DNA of 64,000 nt from an uncultured Gemmatimonadaceae bacterium. Lineage in GTDB: Bacteria; Gemmatimonadota; Gemmatimonadetes; Gemmatimonadales; Gemmatimonadaceae. A program made the translations under genes and the position numbers. Shown here piece after piece: positions 18,648-29,138 of this stretch (the first letter of the stretch is position 1; each line of letters opens with the position of its first letter). The DNA is taken from positions 320,001-384,000 of the forward strand of contig CAVXGK010000001.1 of the NCBI GenBank assembly GCA_963761305.1. Reading direction: 5' to 3'. The notes under the pieces were generated by a model. It did not search any database and had not been told where the DNA came from. It saw nothing but the letters and a program-made list of their open reading frames with translations.

Positions 18648-21110
18648 ATGTCCCGCATAATGTCCGCTGCAGTTCTTGCCACACTGTTCGCTTTCGAACA
18701 GGCGTCCGGCCAGGCTCCCAAGCCCGCTCATCCCGCCGCAGGGCCGGGTGAGATTCGCGGCCACCTGATCGATTCGGCCAGCGGACGCGCCCTCGGCACC
18801 GGTTCCATCGCCGTCCGCCGCGTCGGCGATTCCACGTTCGTCACCGGCGCGCTGCCCAAGGAAGACGGCTCGTTCCAGGTGACCGGACTCCAGGCCGGGC
18901 GCTACACGCTTCGCGTCCGCGCGATCGGCTTTGGGCCCGTCGTCCGCAATGACGTCGCGATCACCGCCGCGCACCCCATCGTCGACGTCGGCGCCATCGG
19001 CCTCACCGTCGTCGCCACCAAGCTCGAGGCGACCGAGACCGTGGCCGAGCGGGAGGACGTCGTGCTCTCGCCGGACCGCACGAGCTACAGCGTCAAGAAC
19101 ATGCCCGTCGCCAGCGGCGGCACGGCAGTTGACGTACTGCGCAACATTCCGCTCGTCGAGGTCGACGGATCGAACAACGTCAGCCTCCGCGGCAACGCGA
19201 ACGTCGTCATTCAAATCAACGGCCGGTCGACGCCGCTCAAGGGTGACCAGCTCGGCGCGTTCCTCGCCCAGCTTCCCGCGGGCACGGTCAAGAACGTCGA
19301 GGTGGCGACGAATCCGTCGGCCAAGGACGACCCCGAAGGCACCGCCGGCATCATCAACATCGTTCTCAATCAGGAAGCCGAGCTCGGCCTGAGCGGCGGC
19401 GTCAATGCGGGCACCGCCTCCACCGGCATGATGAGCGGCGGCGGAAACGTCGGCAAGCAGCAAGGCAAGCTCACCGTGTTCGCATCGGGGAACATCTACC
19501 ACGACGAGCGCGCGACGTCGGGCACCATCTCGCGCACGAATCTTCTCATCCCCATTCCGGCGTTCACCGAGACCCAGCTCGCCGGCAAGCAGTCGCCGGT
19601 CTCCGGCGGCGGTACGGTGCGCACCGAATATCGCTTCACCAACCGCAACGTTCTCTCGTTCGACGGATTCTTCTACGGTGGCCGCTTCGGCGGCGACCAG
19701 TCGTCGGACTACACGGATCTCGACACGACGCACGCGATCATCGGCCTCTTCGACCAGGCGTCGTCGCAGATCTCGCGCAACGTCTCGCAGGACTACGACA
19801 TCGCTTTCCGTCGGTTCGCCGACAAGAACCAGCCGCTCTTCTCGACGGAATTCGAGTACTCGAACACAAACTCCACCGCCAACATCGATCTTTCGGGCAA
19901 CGTGGTCCGTGCCGACGCGTCCACGCCGCTCGCGATTCCCACGGAGCACGACCGCACGGTCGGCCGCTATCCCTATCTCAACTGGAAGTCCGACTACACG
20001 GGCGTGTTCGGCGGCGGTACGAAGCTCGAGATGGGACTCAAGGGCACACGTCGCACGACGACCAACGACTTCGACGCGGCCTATGCCGACAGCACCGGCG
20101 AGTTCGTGTCCGATCCGTCGCGCCGCACGGCGTTCGACTACCACGAGGACATCGGCTCGGGATACGCGCTGCTGTCGAACAAATTCGACAAGGTGCAGAC
20201 GCAGGCTGGCCTTCGCCTCGAGGACGCGGCCACCTACCTCGATCTCACCACCGTCGACGAGCAATACGATCGGCGTTACGCCAGCACTTACCCGAGCGCG
20301 ATCGCCTCGTACAACTTCACGCCGCTCCGCTCGGCGCGCATCAGCTATTCACGCCGCGTGAGCCGACCGAATCCCTATCAGCTGAGCCCAATCGAGTTCC
20401 GCCAGGATTCGCGCAACGTCTTCTATGGAAATCCCGCGCTTCGCGCCGAGTATACCGATGCGATCGAGCTCGGCTACCAGGAAGCCCGCAGCTGGGGATC
20501 GATCCAGCTGAATCCGTATCTCCGCAGCACGCAGCACGCCGTGCGCAACATCCAATTCGTCGACTCGATCGGCGAGTCGGTGAGCACGTATGACAACGTC
20601 GCCAGCACGGTCAGCATCGGCACTGACTTGAACGTCAACGCGCACGCCGGCCCGTTCCAGCTGGGCGGCGGCGGAAGCATCTACCACTACAAGAGCGACG
20701 CGTCGAATCTCGCCGGCAACCTCTCGGCGCAAGCGATGGTATGGTCCGCGCGGACCAATATGACGTGGAAGGTTTCCCCCAAGACCGACGCACAATTGTT
20801 CGCCTTCTACCGAGCGCCGTACGCGACCGAAGGCGGCTCTCAGCTCGCGTCGGTGTCGATGAACCTGGCCGGCCGATACAAGATCTGGGGCGACCAGGGC
20901 AACATCTCGCTCCGCGTCTCCGATCCGTTCAAACTGCAGAAATACGGATACCGGACGGCGAACGGAACGGTCGTCGAATACAGCGAGCGGTTCTTCGGGT
21001 CGCGCGCGATCTTCCTCACGGTGACGCGCAACTTCGGGCAGGCGATCAAGCTGCAGCCGAAGCAGGCGGACCCGGATGCGCAGGCGCAAACGGGACCGCC
21101 GGGGGCCTAA
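18648..21110 (+). CDS. TonB-dependent receptor (carboxypeptidase-reg N-domain, plug, OM beta-barrel)
   Basis: signal peptide, DVLRNIPLV.VD, NPSAK.D.EG.AGIINI, SYSRR..RP, GNP.L..EY. Confidence 0.92.
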   Translation: MSRIMSAAVLATLFAFEQASGQAPKPAHPAAGPGEIRGHLIDSASGRALGTGSIAVRRVGDSTFVTGALPKEDGSFQVTGLQAGRYTLRVRAIGFGPVVRNDVAITAAHPIVDVGAIGLTVVATKLEATETVAEREDVVLSPDRTSYSVKNMPVASGGTAVDVLRNIPLVEVDGSNNVSLRGNANVVIQINGRSTPLKGDQLGAFLAQLPAGTVKNVEVATNPSAKDDPEGTAGIINIVLNQEAELGLSGGVNAGTASTGMMSGGGNVGKQQGKLTVFASGNIYHDERATSGTISRTNLLIPIPAFTETQLAGKQSPVSGGGTVRTEYRFTNRNVLSFDGFFYGGRFGGDQSSDYTDLDTTHAIIGLFDQASSQISRNVSQDYDIAFRRFADKNQPLFSTEFEYSNTNSTANIDLSGNVVRADASTPLAIPTEHDRTVGRYPYLNWKSDYTGVFGGGTKLEMGLKGTRRTTTNDFDAAYADSTGEFVSDPSRRTAFDYHEDIGSGYALLSNKFDKVQTQAGLRLEDAATYLDLTTVDEQYDRRYASTYPSAIASYNFTPLRSARISYSRRVSRPNPYQLSPIEFRQDSRNVFYGNPALRAEYTDAIELGYQEARSWGSIQLNPYLRSTQHAVRNIQFVDSIGESVSTYDNVASTVSIGTDLNVNAHAGPFQLGGGGSIYHYKSDASNLAGNLSAQAMVWSARTNMTWKVSPKTDAQLFAFYRAPYATEGGSQLASVSMNLAGRYKIWGDQGNISLRVSDPFKLQKYGYRTANGTVVEYSERFFGSRAIFLTVTRNFGQAIKLQPKQADPDAQAQTGPPGA

Positions 21111-21124
21111 GCGTCACTGCGGGG

Positions 21125-21424
21125 CTATGCGCCTTTGACGGCGAGAATCTCCGGCTTCTCGATCGAGGGCGGCTTCGCGAACAGTTCTTCGGCCTTGGCG
21201 AACAGCGCCTTCGCGATGTCGCCGCCCAGGTGCGCGTCCCGGCCCGCCTGATCGGCGAACGTATCGAAAATTCCGAACTTCGACGGCCCGAGCTTTAGCG
21301 CGTACCAACGGTTCGTGGCCGGTTCGGCCTGCGCCATCGGCAACGCCGATTTCAAAAAGGTCTCGACTTCTCTCTCTTTGCCGGGTTTTGCCTCGAGCAC
21401 GGCGAGGATTGCGAGCTGCTCCAT
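21125..21424 (-). CDS. antibiotic biosynthesis monooxygenase (ABM) family protein
   Basis: LEAKPGKE.EV..FL, FGIFDTF.D..GR.AHL.G; AGGAG RBS. Confidence 0.9.
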   Translation of the reverse strand: MEQLAILAVLEAKPGKEREVETFLKSALPMAQAEPATNRWYALKLGPSKFGIFDTFADQAGRDAHLGGDIAKALFAKAEELFAKPPSIEKPEILAVKGA

Positions 21425-21488
21425 GCGATCTCCTGATCGACGAGTCGGGCTCCAATCCGTGCAATGTGCAGTCCGTTCCCTGACGGAC

Positions 21489-22229
21489 TCAGCGTTGTTC
21501 GACTCCAAAGGCCGTCATAAGCCCACGTCGTCCGGCGACGGTGACTGACAGTGCACGCCCGTCACGATCGCGGGAGACCCATCGCCGATCGAGCGCCACT
21601 TCCAACAGCGCCGCGCCTAGCGCTCCGCCGAGGTGCGGCCGGCGCTCGCTCCAGTCGACGCACGCAAACGCGAATCGGCGACGCCGCGAGCGGAGTTCGG
21701 CGACGTCGACGCCGAGCGCGCCGAGAGCGCGCTCACCCTTTGGCGTCAGGTCGTATTCGTCGACGTTCTTCTTTGTAGTGGCCGTCCACCCGTCCACTCG
21801 TCCACCTGTCCGCCCGTCCGACAGCCAGCCGAGCGTCATGAGGCGGTCGTGCAGCGCCACGCCAAGTTCGCCGGCGATGTGATCGTAGCACGAACGCGCG
21901 GCTCGCAGATGATGCGGCGTGCGCGTCTCGAGCGTGTCGGTCGAGAACCCAGCGAGGACGCTCAACGATTCCATGACCTCGGCCACGTCCGTGCTGGCGA
22001 GGCTGTAGTAGCGACGCTTCCCCTGCGCGAGGACGCGGACCAGGTGCTCATCCTTCAGTCGGGCGAGGTGCGCGCTCGCCGTCGCGGGCGTGACGTCGCC
22101 GACGAGAGCCAACTCGGTCGCCGTGCGTGCGCGGCCGTCCATCAGGCAGTAGAGCATGCGGGCTCGTGCCGGCTCGCCGATCGCCGCCGCGATGCGCGAG
22201 GCGCGCTGCTCGGATCGATCCGCATTCAT
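21489..22229 (-). CDS. ArsR-family regulator with C-terminal CYDH/CxDWSERR domain
   Basis: EPARARML, TATELA, TASAHL, ARSCYDHIAGELG, CVDWSERRPHLGG. Confidence 0.93.
   Translation of the reverse strand: MNADRSEQRASRIAAAIGEPARARMLYCLMDGRARTATELALVGDVTPATASAHLARLKDEHLVRVLAQGKRRYYSLASTDVAEVMESLSVLAGFSTDTLETRTPHHLRAARSCYDHIAGELGVALHDRLMTLGWLSDGRTGGRVDGWTATTKKNVDEYDLTPKGERALGALGVDVAELRSRRRRFAFACVDWSERRPHLGGALGAALLEVALDRRWVSRDRDGRALSVTVAGRRGLMTAFGVEQR
21784..21823. repeat. five 8-mer GTCCACCC-like units inside the ArsR CDS
   Basis: gtccaccc gtccactc gtccacct gtccgccc gtccgaca. Confidence 0.8.
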
Positions 22230-22230
22230 A

Positions 22231-22248
22231 CTTCGATGGTAGACGAAG
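22231..22248. promoter_or_regulatory. putative ArsR operator CTTCG-N8-CGAAG overlapping a leaderless -10 (TACCAT, minus strand)
   Basis: inverted repeat adjacent to the ArsR ATG in the divergent gap. Confidence 0.55.
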
Positions 22249-22280
22249 CGTAGCCGTCGAGCAAGTGGCATCCTGAGAGC

Positions 22281-22757
22281 ATGCCACACGACGACCGGTC
22301 GGACGCGCCAATGGGCAGGCGGGATTCGATCCACTCCCTCGCTGCGATCGCGGCCGCCTTTGCCGCACTTCCTAAGTCAACGGTATCGCCGATGCCAGAA
22401 GCGCGATCCCTCGCAATCGCCTGTTTCATCCGCTATCAGATCGATCCATTTCAGCTCGACGCCTTCCGCCAGTATGCACAAGCCTGGGGAACAATCATCC
22501 CGCGTTGCGGCGGCCACCTCATCGGCTATTTCACACCGCACGAGGGCACGAACGACGTCGCGTGGGGGCTCATCGCGTTCGACAGCCTCGCTTCGTACGA
22601 GCGATACCGAGGTCGGATCAAGGCGGATCCCGACGCCCGCGCCAACCTCGCGATGGCGCAGGCGAAACGCCTGATTCTTCGTGAAGAGCGCAACTTCGTC
22701 GCGATGGTCGACGGAACATTCGAAAAGCCGTCGACCCTACCCGCCCCGTCGTCTTGA
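22281..22757 (+). CDS. NIPSNAP-family protein
   Basis: [38 protein letters not shown]. Confidence 0.9.
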   Translation: MPHDDRSDAPMGRRDSIHSLAAIAAAFAALPKSTVSPMPEARSLAIACFIRYQIDPFQLDAFRQYAQAWGTIIPRCGGHLIGYFTPHEGTNDVAWGLIAFDSLASYERYRGRIKADPDARANLAMAQAKRLILREERNFVAMVDGTFEKPSTLPAPSS

Positions 22758-22802
22758 GAAAGCAATGGATAGGGCCGGTGCGGGAGCATGGTGAGTGCCC
22801 GC

Positions 22803-25427
22803 TCAGTCGTGCCGGAGCGCCGTCGTCGGATCGATCGCCGACGCGCGACGCGATGGGATCAACGCGGCAACGAGACACACGCCGAGGACGCAGAACGCCG
22901 CGCCGATGAACGCCGCGACGTCGAACGTCGGTACGCCAGGCACGTTGGCGGCGATCACCCGCGCCAGCGCGAGCGCCAGCGCGGCCCCGATGGCCACGCC
23001 CATCGTCGCATGCTTGAACGACCGATCCATCACGAGACGTAGCACGTCGGCGGTCGTCGCCCCGAGGGCGATGCGAATTCCAATCTCCTTGGTGCGCTGG
23101 CCGACGAGATACGCCACCACGCCGTACACGCCGACTACCGTCAGTCCGAGCGCGATCAACCCGAGACCCGCGGCGACCCAGTACGCGGCGCGAAACGGGT
23201 AGACACCAGCCGCGACGAAGGTCTCGAGCCGATCGATCCGGTCGACCGCGCCGGGCGCGAGCCGTTCGAGCTCCGCGTCGAGCGCTCGCTTCGCCCCGTC
23301 GGGATCGCCGCGTACGCGCGCGAGAAGGCAGCAGCCGTTGCCCTCGACGGGCATCGGAAAGTAGAGGACCGATGCGTCCTTGCCATTCTCGAGCGACTGG
23401 ACGACGACGTCCCGAGCGACGCCGATCACGCGCGCGCCCTGATAACGGGAAATGGGATCGATGGCGGTGGCGCTGCTGCTCAGCGCGAGATGCAGCGATC
23501 GCCCCAGCGGATTCTGGTTGGGCCAGAGCCGCCGCGCCGCAACCTCGCTGACGATCACCACCGGCGCAGCGCCGTCTTCGTCGGAACGCGTGAACGCGCG
23601 TCCGGCCGCCACGCCGATCTGCAACACGTCGAAGTACGCTGCCGACACCCGGTTGTAGCTCGCGTCGATCGTCGTCGCCGCACCGTCGGGGTTGACGGCG
23701 ACGGACGGGAATTTCATGTCGAGCGGGAGCGCTGCGCTCGCCGCCAGCGTGTCCACGATGCGACTCGATGCGAGCACGCTCAACACCCGCGCGCGCGTCC
23801 TGGCCCCCGTTTCGATCGACACGACGTCGCGTGTTCGAAGGCCGGTATCGCTACGGCCGAGTCGCGCCGCCTCGCGGAGCAGCACGGCCGCCGTGATGAG
23901 GAGCAGCGACGATGCCGCCACCTGACCGATGATGAACGTTCCTCGCCGACGCGTCGACGACCCACCGTCTCCGAAATCGCCGCGCGTCGCTTGCACCACG
24001 CTGAGTCGAGTCGCCTTGAGCGAGGGGGCGAGTCCGCACAAAATGGCCGCTCCAAGCGTCGCGACCATGGCGAACGTCGCGACGCGCCAATCCGGTGCAA
24101 GCGATACAAAACGCACAAACGGGGCGAGGTCGGCCGGTAGTGTCGCGAACAAGGCTCGCACGCCAGCGGTGACGATCGCCCACGCGAGCACGAACCCCAT
24201 CGCCGCCGCCGGAAGTGTCTGGACGACGCTCTCGGTGATCAGCTGTCGAATCAGCCGCGCGCGCGCCGCGCCTAGCGCCAGTCGAATGCCGAGCTCGCGA
24301 CGCCGTTCGATGCCGCGCGCCAGCAGGATGTTGGCGACGTTCGCGCACGCCAACACGAGGATCAGACCGAAGGACACAATCAGCGGCGCAAACTCGGCGT
24401 ACGACTTGACCGATTGCGGCATCGGCGTCGACCGCGACTCGAAGAACACGCGGGCGACTCGTCCGCTGTCCGGCCGACTCACTGTCGTCGTCTGCAATAC
24501 CGAGGCAACCACCGCCCTCCCCTGCGCCGCCGACTCGCCCTGCGCGACGCGCGCGATCATCGAAACCGGCTCCCCGGCCGCCGAGGCCGTCGAGTCCAGC
24601 GCGTGAAGCATGGCCAGCGGCACCCAGAAATCGCGGGGCTTCTTGAACAGGCCAACGAAGCCCGGCTGCGCGACGCCGATCACCTGGGCGAAGACGCCCC
24701 GCAGCAGAACACGACGGCCAATGACGCTGGAATCGGTATCGAATCGCGTGCGCCATGCCCCGTCGCTCAGCACGACGACGGGCAACGACGCGTCCGCGGG
24801 AGAAAACGTTCGCCCGAGCGCCGCGCGAACGCCGAGCAGGTTGAAGAAGTTCTCACCGACCGCCTCGCCCGTGGCCGACGCGTCGCCGAGCCGCACCGCG
24901 AACGGCCGATACGCGACGACGTCGGACAGCACACCGTTCGGGCGTCGCAGCAGCTCGACGTCGCTTTGGCTGAAGTCGTGGTAATGCCCCGAGCGATCCA
25001 TCCAGTTGACCGCGTACAGCGACGACGCATCGCGGACGTTGAACGGTCGGAGGACGTAGGCGTCGAAGATGGTGAACGCGCTCGCGCTCAGCCCAACACC
25101 CAGCCCAATCGTCAGGGCGAGAGATGCCGCAAGCACTGGCGCACGGACGATCCCACGGATCGCGTAGCGAACGTCGTGGAACGCCTCCTCGAGGAGCCGA
25201 ACCCGGCGCACGTCGCGCGCGTCTTCTTTTATGGTTTCGACCCCGCCAAAAGCCAGTCGGGCCTGACGCAACGCCTCGTCGCGGGGGACTCCAGCGCGTT
25301 CGAGCTTGTCCGCCTCGCGCTCCACGTGGAACCGCAGCTCGTCGTCGAGCTCGTGCTCCATCGCCCCCCGGCTGAACAGGGCGCGCGATTGGTACCGGAG
25401 GCTGCTCCAGAATTCGTGGGGCGTCAT
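22803..25427 (-). CDS. ADOP-type duplicated ABC permease (MacB_PCD/FtsX x2)
   Basis: ELDDELRFH prefix, LACANVANILLAR..RRRELGIRLALGA, EIGIRIALGA, DP..ALR. Confidence 0.93.
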   Translation of the reverse strand: MTPHEFWSSLRYQSRALFSRGAMEHELDDELRFHVEREADKLERAGVPRDEALRQARLAFGGVETIKEDARDVRRVRLLEEAFHDVRYAIRGIVRAPVLAASLALTIGLGVGLSASAFTIFDAYVLRPFNVRDASSLYAVNWMDRSGHYHDFSQSDVELLRRPNGVLSDVVAYRPFAVRLGDASATGEAVGENFFNLLGVRAALGRTFSPADASLPVVVLSDGAWRTRFDTDSSVIGRRVLLRGVFAQVIGVAQPGFVGLFKKPRDFWVPLAMLHALDSTASAAGEPVSMIARVAQGESAAQGRAVVASVLQTTTVSRPDSGRVARVFFESRSTPMPQSVKSYAEFAPLIVSFGLILVLACANVANILLARGIERRRELGIRLALGAARARLIRQLITESVVQTLPAAAMGFVLAWAIVTAGVRALFATLPADLAPFVRFVSLAPDWRVATFAMVATLGAAILCGLAPSLKATRLSVVQATRGDFGDGGSSTRRRGTFIIGQVAASSLLLITAAVLLREAARLGRSDTGLRTRDVVSIETGARTRARVLSVLASSRIVDTLAASAALPLDMKFPSVAVNPDGAATTIDASYNRVSAAYFDVLQIGVAAGRAFTRSDEDGAAPVVIVSEVAARRLWPNQNPLGRSLHLALSSSATAIDPISRYQGARVIGVARDVVVQSLENGKDASVLYFPMPVEGNGCCLLARVRGDPDGAKRALDAELERLAPGAVDRIDRLETFVAAGVYPFRAAYWVAAGLGLIALGLTVVGVYGVVAYLVGQRTKEIGIRIALGATTADVLRLVMDRSFKHATMGVAIGAALALALARVIAANVPGVPTFDVAAFIGAAFCVLGVCLVAALIPSRRASAIDPTTALRHD

Positions 25428-25446
25428 CGCCTGCTCTCCCCTTTGG

Positions 25447-25483
25447 CTTCTACACGACGAAGGTATCGTCCCTCTTGTAGAAG
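25447..25483. promoter_or_regulatory. inverted repeat CTTCTACA-N21-TGTAGAAG upstream of ADOP1
   Basis: read directly. Confidence 0.45.
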
Positions 25484-25515
25484 TGCAAGGGGAATCCCGC
25501 CGCCCAACCCTTTTG

Positions 25516-25536
25516 TCGTATCGGATGTCTATACGA
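25516..25536. promoter_or_regulatory. putative PadR operator TCGTATCGGATGTCTATACGA
   Basis: imperfect palindrome ending 2 nt before the padR ATG. Confidence 0.6.
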
Positions 25537-25538
25537 GC

Positions 25539-25871
25539 ATGCCTCCCACTCCAACGCCCCTTCTACAAGGCACGCTCGACCTGCTGATCCTCAAGTGCCT
25601 CACCCTCACCGACATGCACGGACTCGGCGTCGCACGGCGGATCGCGCAGATCACGGGCGGCGCCTACGACGTCAAGCCCGGGTCTTTGTTCCCCGCCCTC
25701 CACCGCCTCGAGGACAACGGTTGGGTCGTCTCGACCTGGGGTGAGTCGGACAACAATCGTCGCGCCAAGTTCTATCGCCTCACCAGTGCCGGCCGAAAGC
25801 GCCTGGCGGTGGAGACCGAGGAGTGGGGACGAGTCTCGGCGGCGATGACCCTCGCCCTCGGGTCGCGCTGA
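25539..25871 (+). CDS. padR: PadR-family regulator (acidobacterial type)
   Basis: LLQGTLDLLILK, HG.G, GSLFPALHRLE, NNRRAKFYRLT. Confidence 0.95.
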   Translation: MPPTPTPLLQGTLDLLILKCLTLTDMHGLGVARRIAQITGGAYDVKPGSLFPALHRLEDNGWVVSTWGESDNNRRAKFYRLTSAGRKRLAVETEEWGRVSAAMTLALGSR

Positions 25872-25880
25872 GGCCATCCG

Positions 25881-28541
25881 ATGCCGATTCCCCGAATCGT
25901 GGCCCGCATTCGCGCCCTCACGCGCAATCTGTTTCGACGCTCGCGTGTCGAGGACGATCTCAAGGCCGAACTCGGCGCATACGAAGACGGTCTCGTGGCC
26001 GAGAAGATTCGCGGCGGGCTGTCGCCGCGCGACGCCGAGCGGGCGGCGCACATCGAACTCGGCGGTCGCGACGTCGTGATGGAGAACGTGCGCGACACGC
26101 GCTCTGGTGCGCTCGTCGACACGATCCTCCGCGATTTCCGCTTCGCCACGAGGACGCTGGCAAAGACTCCGGCGTTCACCCTCGCCGCCGTGCTCGCGCT
26201 CGCGCTGGGCATCGGCGCGACGACGTCCATTCTCAGCGTCGTGCGCTCGGTGCTTCTCCGCCCGCTCGCCTACGCCGACGCCGACCGACTCGTCGTTCTC
26301 CTGCACGACGGCCGCAATCCGGTGTCGCCGAGAAACTTCGCCGATTGGCGGGAACAGACGCGCAGCTTTGCCGACATGGCGGCCGCCGAGTACTGGTCGC
26401 CGGATCTCACCGGCGGCGCCGATCCGACCCAAGTCACGGCGCTCCACATCACCAGCCGAATGCTGCCGATGCTCGGCGTCGCTCCCGCGCTCGGCCGAAT
26501 GTTCTCTCCCACGGAAGGTCAGCCAGGCAACGAGCACGTCGTCATCCTCGGCTACGGATTCTGGCAGCGCGAGTTCGCCGGACGCACCGCCGTGTTGGGC
26601 GCATCGCTGTCGCTCGACGGAACGATCTACACGGTCATCGGCGTGATGCCGAAGTCGTTCCAGTTCGCGCCGTTTTGGGCGACGCGTGCCGAGCTTTGGG
26701 CGCCGCTCGTCCTGGCAAACCGGGTCAACGACGGAGAGAGTCTGCGCATCTTCGCGCGCTTGGCTCCGGGCGTGACGCTCGACCAGGCGCGAGCGGACGT
26801 CCGTGCCGTCACGGCGCGACTCGAAGCGGCGGATCCGGGCACCAACAGGAACGTCGTCGCCACGCCGCTCAAGGAAAAGGTCGTCGGCGACATTCGCACG
26901 CCGCTCCTCACGCTCTTCGTCGCCGTGACGTTCGTCCTTCTCATCGCGTGCGCGAACGTCGCACACATGCTGCTGGCGCGAGCCAACGCGCGACAGCGGG
27001 AGATCACGCTCCGCACCGCGCTCGGCGCCACTCGCGCCCGGATCGTCGCACAGATGCTCGTCGAGAGCGTGCTGCTCGCGTTCGGCGGCGGCGTGACGGG
27101 GTTTTTGCTCGCGGCCTGGGGAGTTCGCGCTCTCGTCGCGGCGAGCCCTGCGATCATTCCGCGCGTCGCCTCCGTGACGGTCGACGGTGGCGTGCTGCTG
27201 ATCGCCGCCGGCATCTCGGCGGCGACGGTCGTCGTGTTCGGTTTGCTGCCCGCGTTTCGCGCCGCTCGCGTCGACCTGGCCGAAGCGTTTCGAGACGGCG
27301 ACCGCGCGTCGAGCGACGGGCGCGGGCGAGCGAACGTTCGCGACGCGCTCGTCGCATCCGAGTTTGCGCTGGCGCTCTTATTGTTGGTTGGCGCGGGATT
27401 GATGATTCGCACCCTCGTCGCGCTGCAGCGGATCGATCCGGGGATGGATCCGCGGAACGTCGTCTCGATGATCGTCTCAACCGCGGGGACCCCCGCCGCG
27501 GACAGCACGCGCCACGCGGACTTCTATGTGAACTCGCTCGCGCGCGTCCGCGCCGTGCCGGGGGTCGTGTCGGCGAGCTACATCAACCATCGCCCATTCG
27601 ACGGCGACATGTGGGGTTTTGCGTTTCGCGTCGAGGGAGCGCCGCGCCCCCGTCGGGGGGACTGGCCGACGGCGACGTACCGCGTTGCCTTCCCCGGCTA
27701 TTTCGGGACGATGCGCATTCCGATTCTTCGCGGCCGCGACATCGCCGAGACCGACCGCCAAGGCGCTCCCGGCGTGATCGTGATCAACGAGTTCATGGCC
27801 AAGACGCACTGGGGCCCCGGCGTCGATCCGATCGGGCAACGCGTGACGCTCGACGATTCAAACTGGCTCACGGTGATCGGCATCGTGAAGAACCACGTAC
27901 GGGAGAGGCTATCGGCGCCGCCGGAGGAAGAAATGTTTCTGCCATTCGCGCAGAGCCGGGCCTACCTCCAGGGCACCGGCGCCTCGCGCGCGGTGACCCT
28001 CGTCGCTCGCGTGGCCTGTCCGCGACCCGAGTGCGATGCCGCCGCGTTCGCGGCGCCGATCCGGGACGCGATTCGGTCGGTGGAGCGCAACGCACCCGTC
28101 TCCGCGGTGACCACGCTGAGCGCTCTGGCACGTTCGGCGACGGCCGAGTCTCGCTTCTATCTCACGTTGCTCACCGCGTTCGCGATCATCGCTGTGCTTC
28201 TGGCCGCGGTCGGCATCTACGGTGTGATGGCCTACTCGGTGTCGCGACGCACCCACGAGATCGGCATCCGCATCGCACTCGGCGCCGAGCCCGCGTCGGT
28301 GATGCGCGCGATCGTCGCCCGTGGGATCTCCGTCGCCGGCGTGGGAGCTGCGGCGGGCCTCGCCGTCGCACTCGGGCTCACTCGCTTGATGCGCGGCATT
28401 CTATATGGTGTGAGCCCGACCGACGCGTGGACGTTCGCCGCGGTGACGGCGCTTCTCATCGGCGTCGCGCTCGTGGCAGCGTTGGCTCCGGCGATGCGAG
28501 CGACTCGTATCGACCCGTTGGTCGCGCTCCGCTCCGAGTAA
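25881..28541 (+). CDS. ADOP-type duplicated ABC permease
   Basis: prefix domain, LIACANVA, EIGIRIALGA, DPLVALRSE. Confidence 0.95.
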   Translation: MPIPRIVARIRALTRNLFRRSRVEDDLKAELGAYEDGLVAEKIRGGLSPRDAERAAHIELGGRDVVMENVRDTRSGALVDTILRDFRFATRTLAKTPAFTLAAVLALALGIGATTSILSVVRSVLLRPLAYADADRLVVLLHDGRNPVSPRNFADWREQTRSFADMAAAEYWSPDLTGGADPTQVTALHITSRMLPMLGVAPALGRMFSPTEGQPGNEHVVILGYGFWQREFAGRTAVLGASLSLDGTIYTVIGVMPKSFQFAPFWATRAELWAPLVLANRVNDGESLRIFARLAPGVTLDQARADVRAVTARLEAADPGTNRNVVATPLKEKVVGDIRTPLLTLFVAVTFVLLIACANVAHMLLARANARQREITLRTALGATRARIVAQMLVESVLLAFGGGVTGFLLAAWGVRALVAASPAIIPRVASVTVDGGVLLIAAGISAATVVVFGLLPAFRAARVDLAEAFRDGDRASSDGRGRANVRDALVASEFALALLLLVGAGLMIRTLVALQRIDPGMDPRNVVSMIVSTAGTPAADSTRHADFYVNSLARVRAVPGVVSASYINHRPFDGDMWGFAFRVEGAPRPRRGDWPTATYRVAFPGYFGTMRIPILRGRDIAETDRQGAPGVIVINEFMAKTHWGPGVDPIGQRVTLDDSNWLTVIGIVKNHVRERLSAPPEEEMFLPFAQSRAYLQGTGASRAVTLVARVACPRPECDAAAFAAPIRDAIRSVERNAPVSAVTTLSALARSATAESRFYLTLLTAFAIIAVLLAAVGIYGVMAYSVSRRTHEIGIRIALGAEPASVMRAIVARGISVAGVGAAAGLAVALGLTRLMRGILYGVSPTDAWTFAAVTALLIGVALVAALAPAMRATRIDPLVALRSE

Positions 28542-28672
28542 AGCCCGGCGGCGAGACTGGAAATTTTTGTAGCGACGCGCCGGCGTCCTGGATCACGGAG
28601 GAATCGCCGCCGCGGTGACAGGCTTGGGGCGGCCTGGAACGCCGTTTTCTTACCCCAGCCTCTCAGCATTCC

Positions 28673-29122
28673 GTGAGCGAAATCGACTGGAACGTCGAGC
28701 TCCGCAGGATCGAGCGCGAGCACCAAGGGCTGCCGCCAGAACGCACGCGGACACAGCTCCGCCTTCAGAAGATTCAGGACATCGCGGCGAAGGAGCGATT
28801 CAGCGAGCGCCTCGCGCTCGTCGGAATCTGGACCCGATTGGTCCTCGTCGCCGCCCTCACGCTGTCGCTGTTCTGGTGGCCGTACGGCCGCCAGTGCGGC
28901 ATGCCGCTCGTCGCGTTCCTGTTGTCTTACGCGACGGCGATCGTGGGGGGCGTCGCCCTGGCGATACGAACATGGCGCGATCGCATGGCGTGGGCGTTTC
29001 TCACCTCGTCACTCTGCGTCGTCTTCGCCTGGACGATCGTCGCGGCGCACACCCTGCCCCGGCTCGGATATTCGCCGGCGGGCGGCGTGAGCAGCGGATG
29101 GAGATGTTCCGCGAGCCGGTAG
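28673..29122 (+). CDS. hypothetical membrane protein
   Basis: IDWNVELRRIERE, 3 TM helices, WPY..CG, LPRLGY. Confidence 0.75.
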   Translation: MSEIDWNVELRRIEREHQGLPPERTRTQLRLQKIQDIAAKERFSERLALVGIWTRLVLVAALTLSLFWWPYGRQCGMPLVAFLLSYATAIVGGVALAIRTWRDRMAWAFLTSSLCVVFAWTIVAAHTLPRLGYSPAGGVSSGWRCSASR

Positions 29123-29138
29123 CGGCCAGCCGAGCGGT

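Noticed and set aside
25823..28618. 931-aa alternative-frame ORF
   Set aside because: Off-frame overlap of the ADOP permease, typical of high-GC DNA
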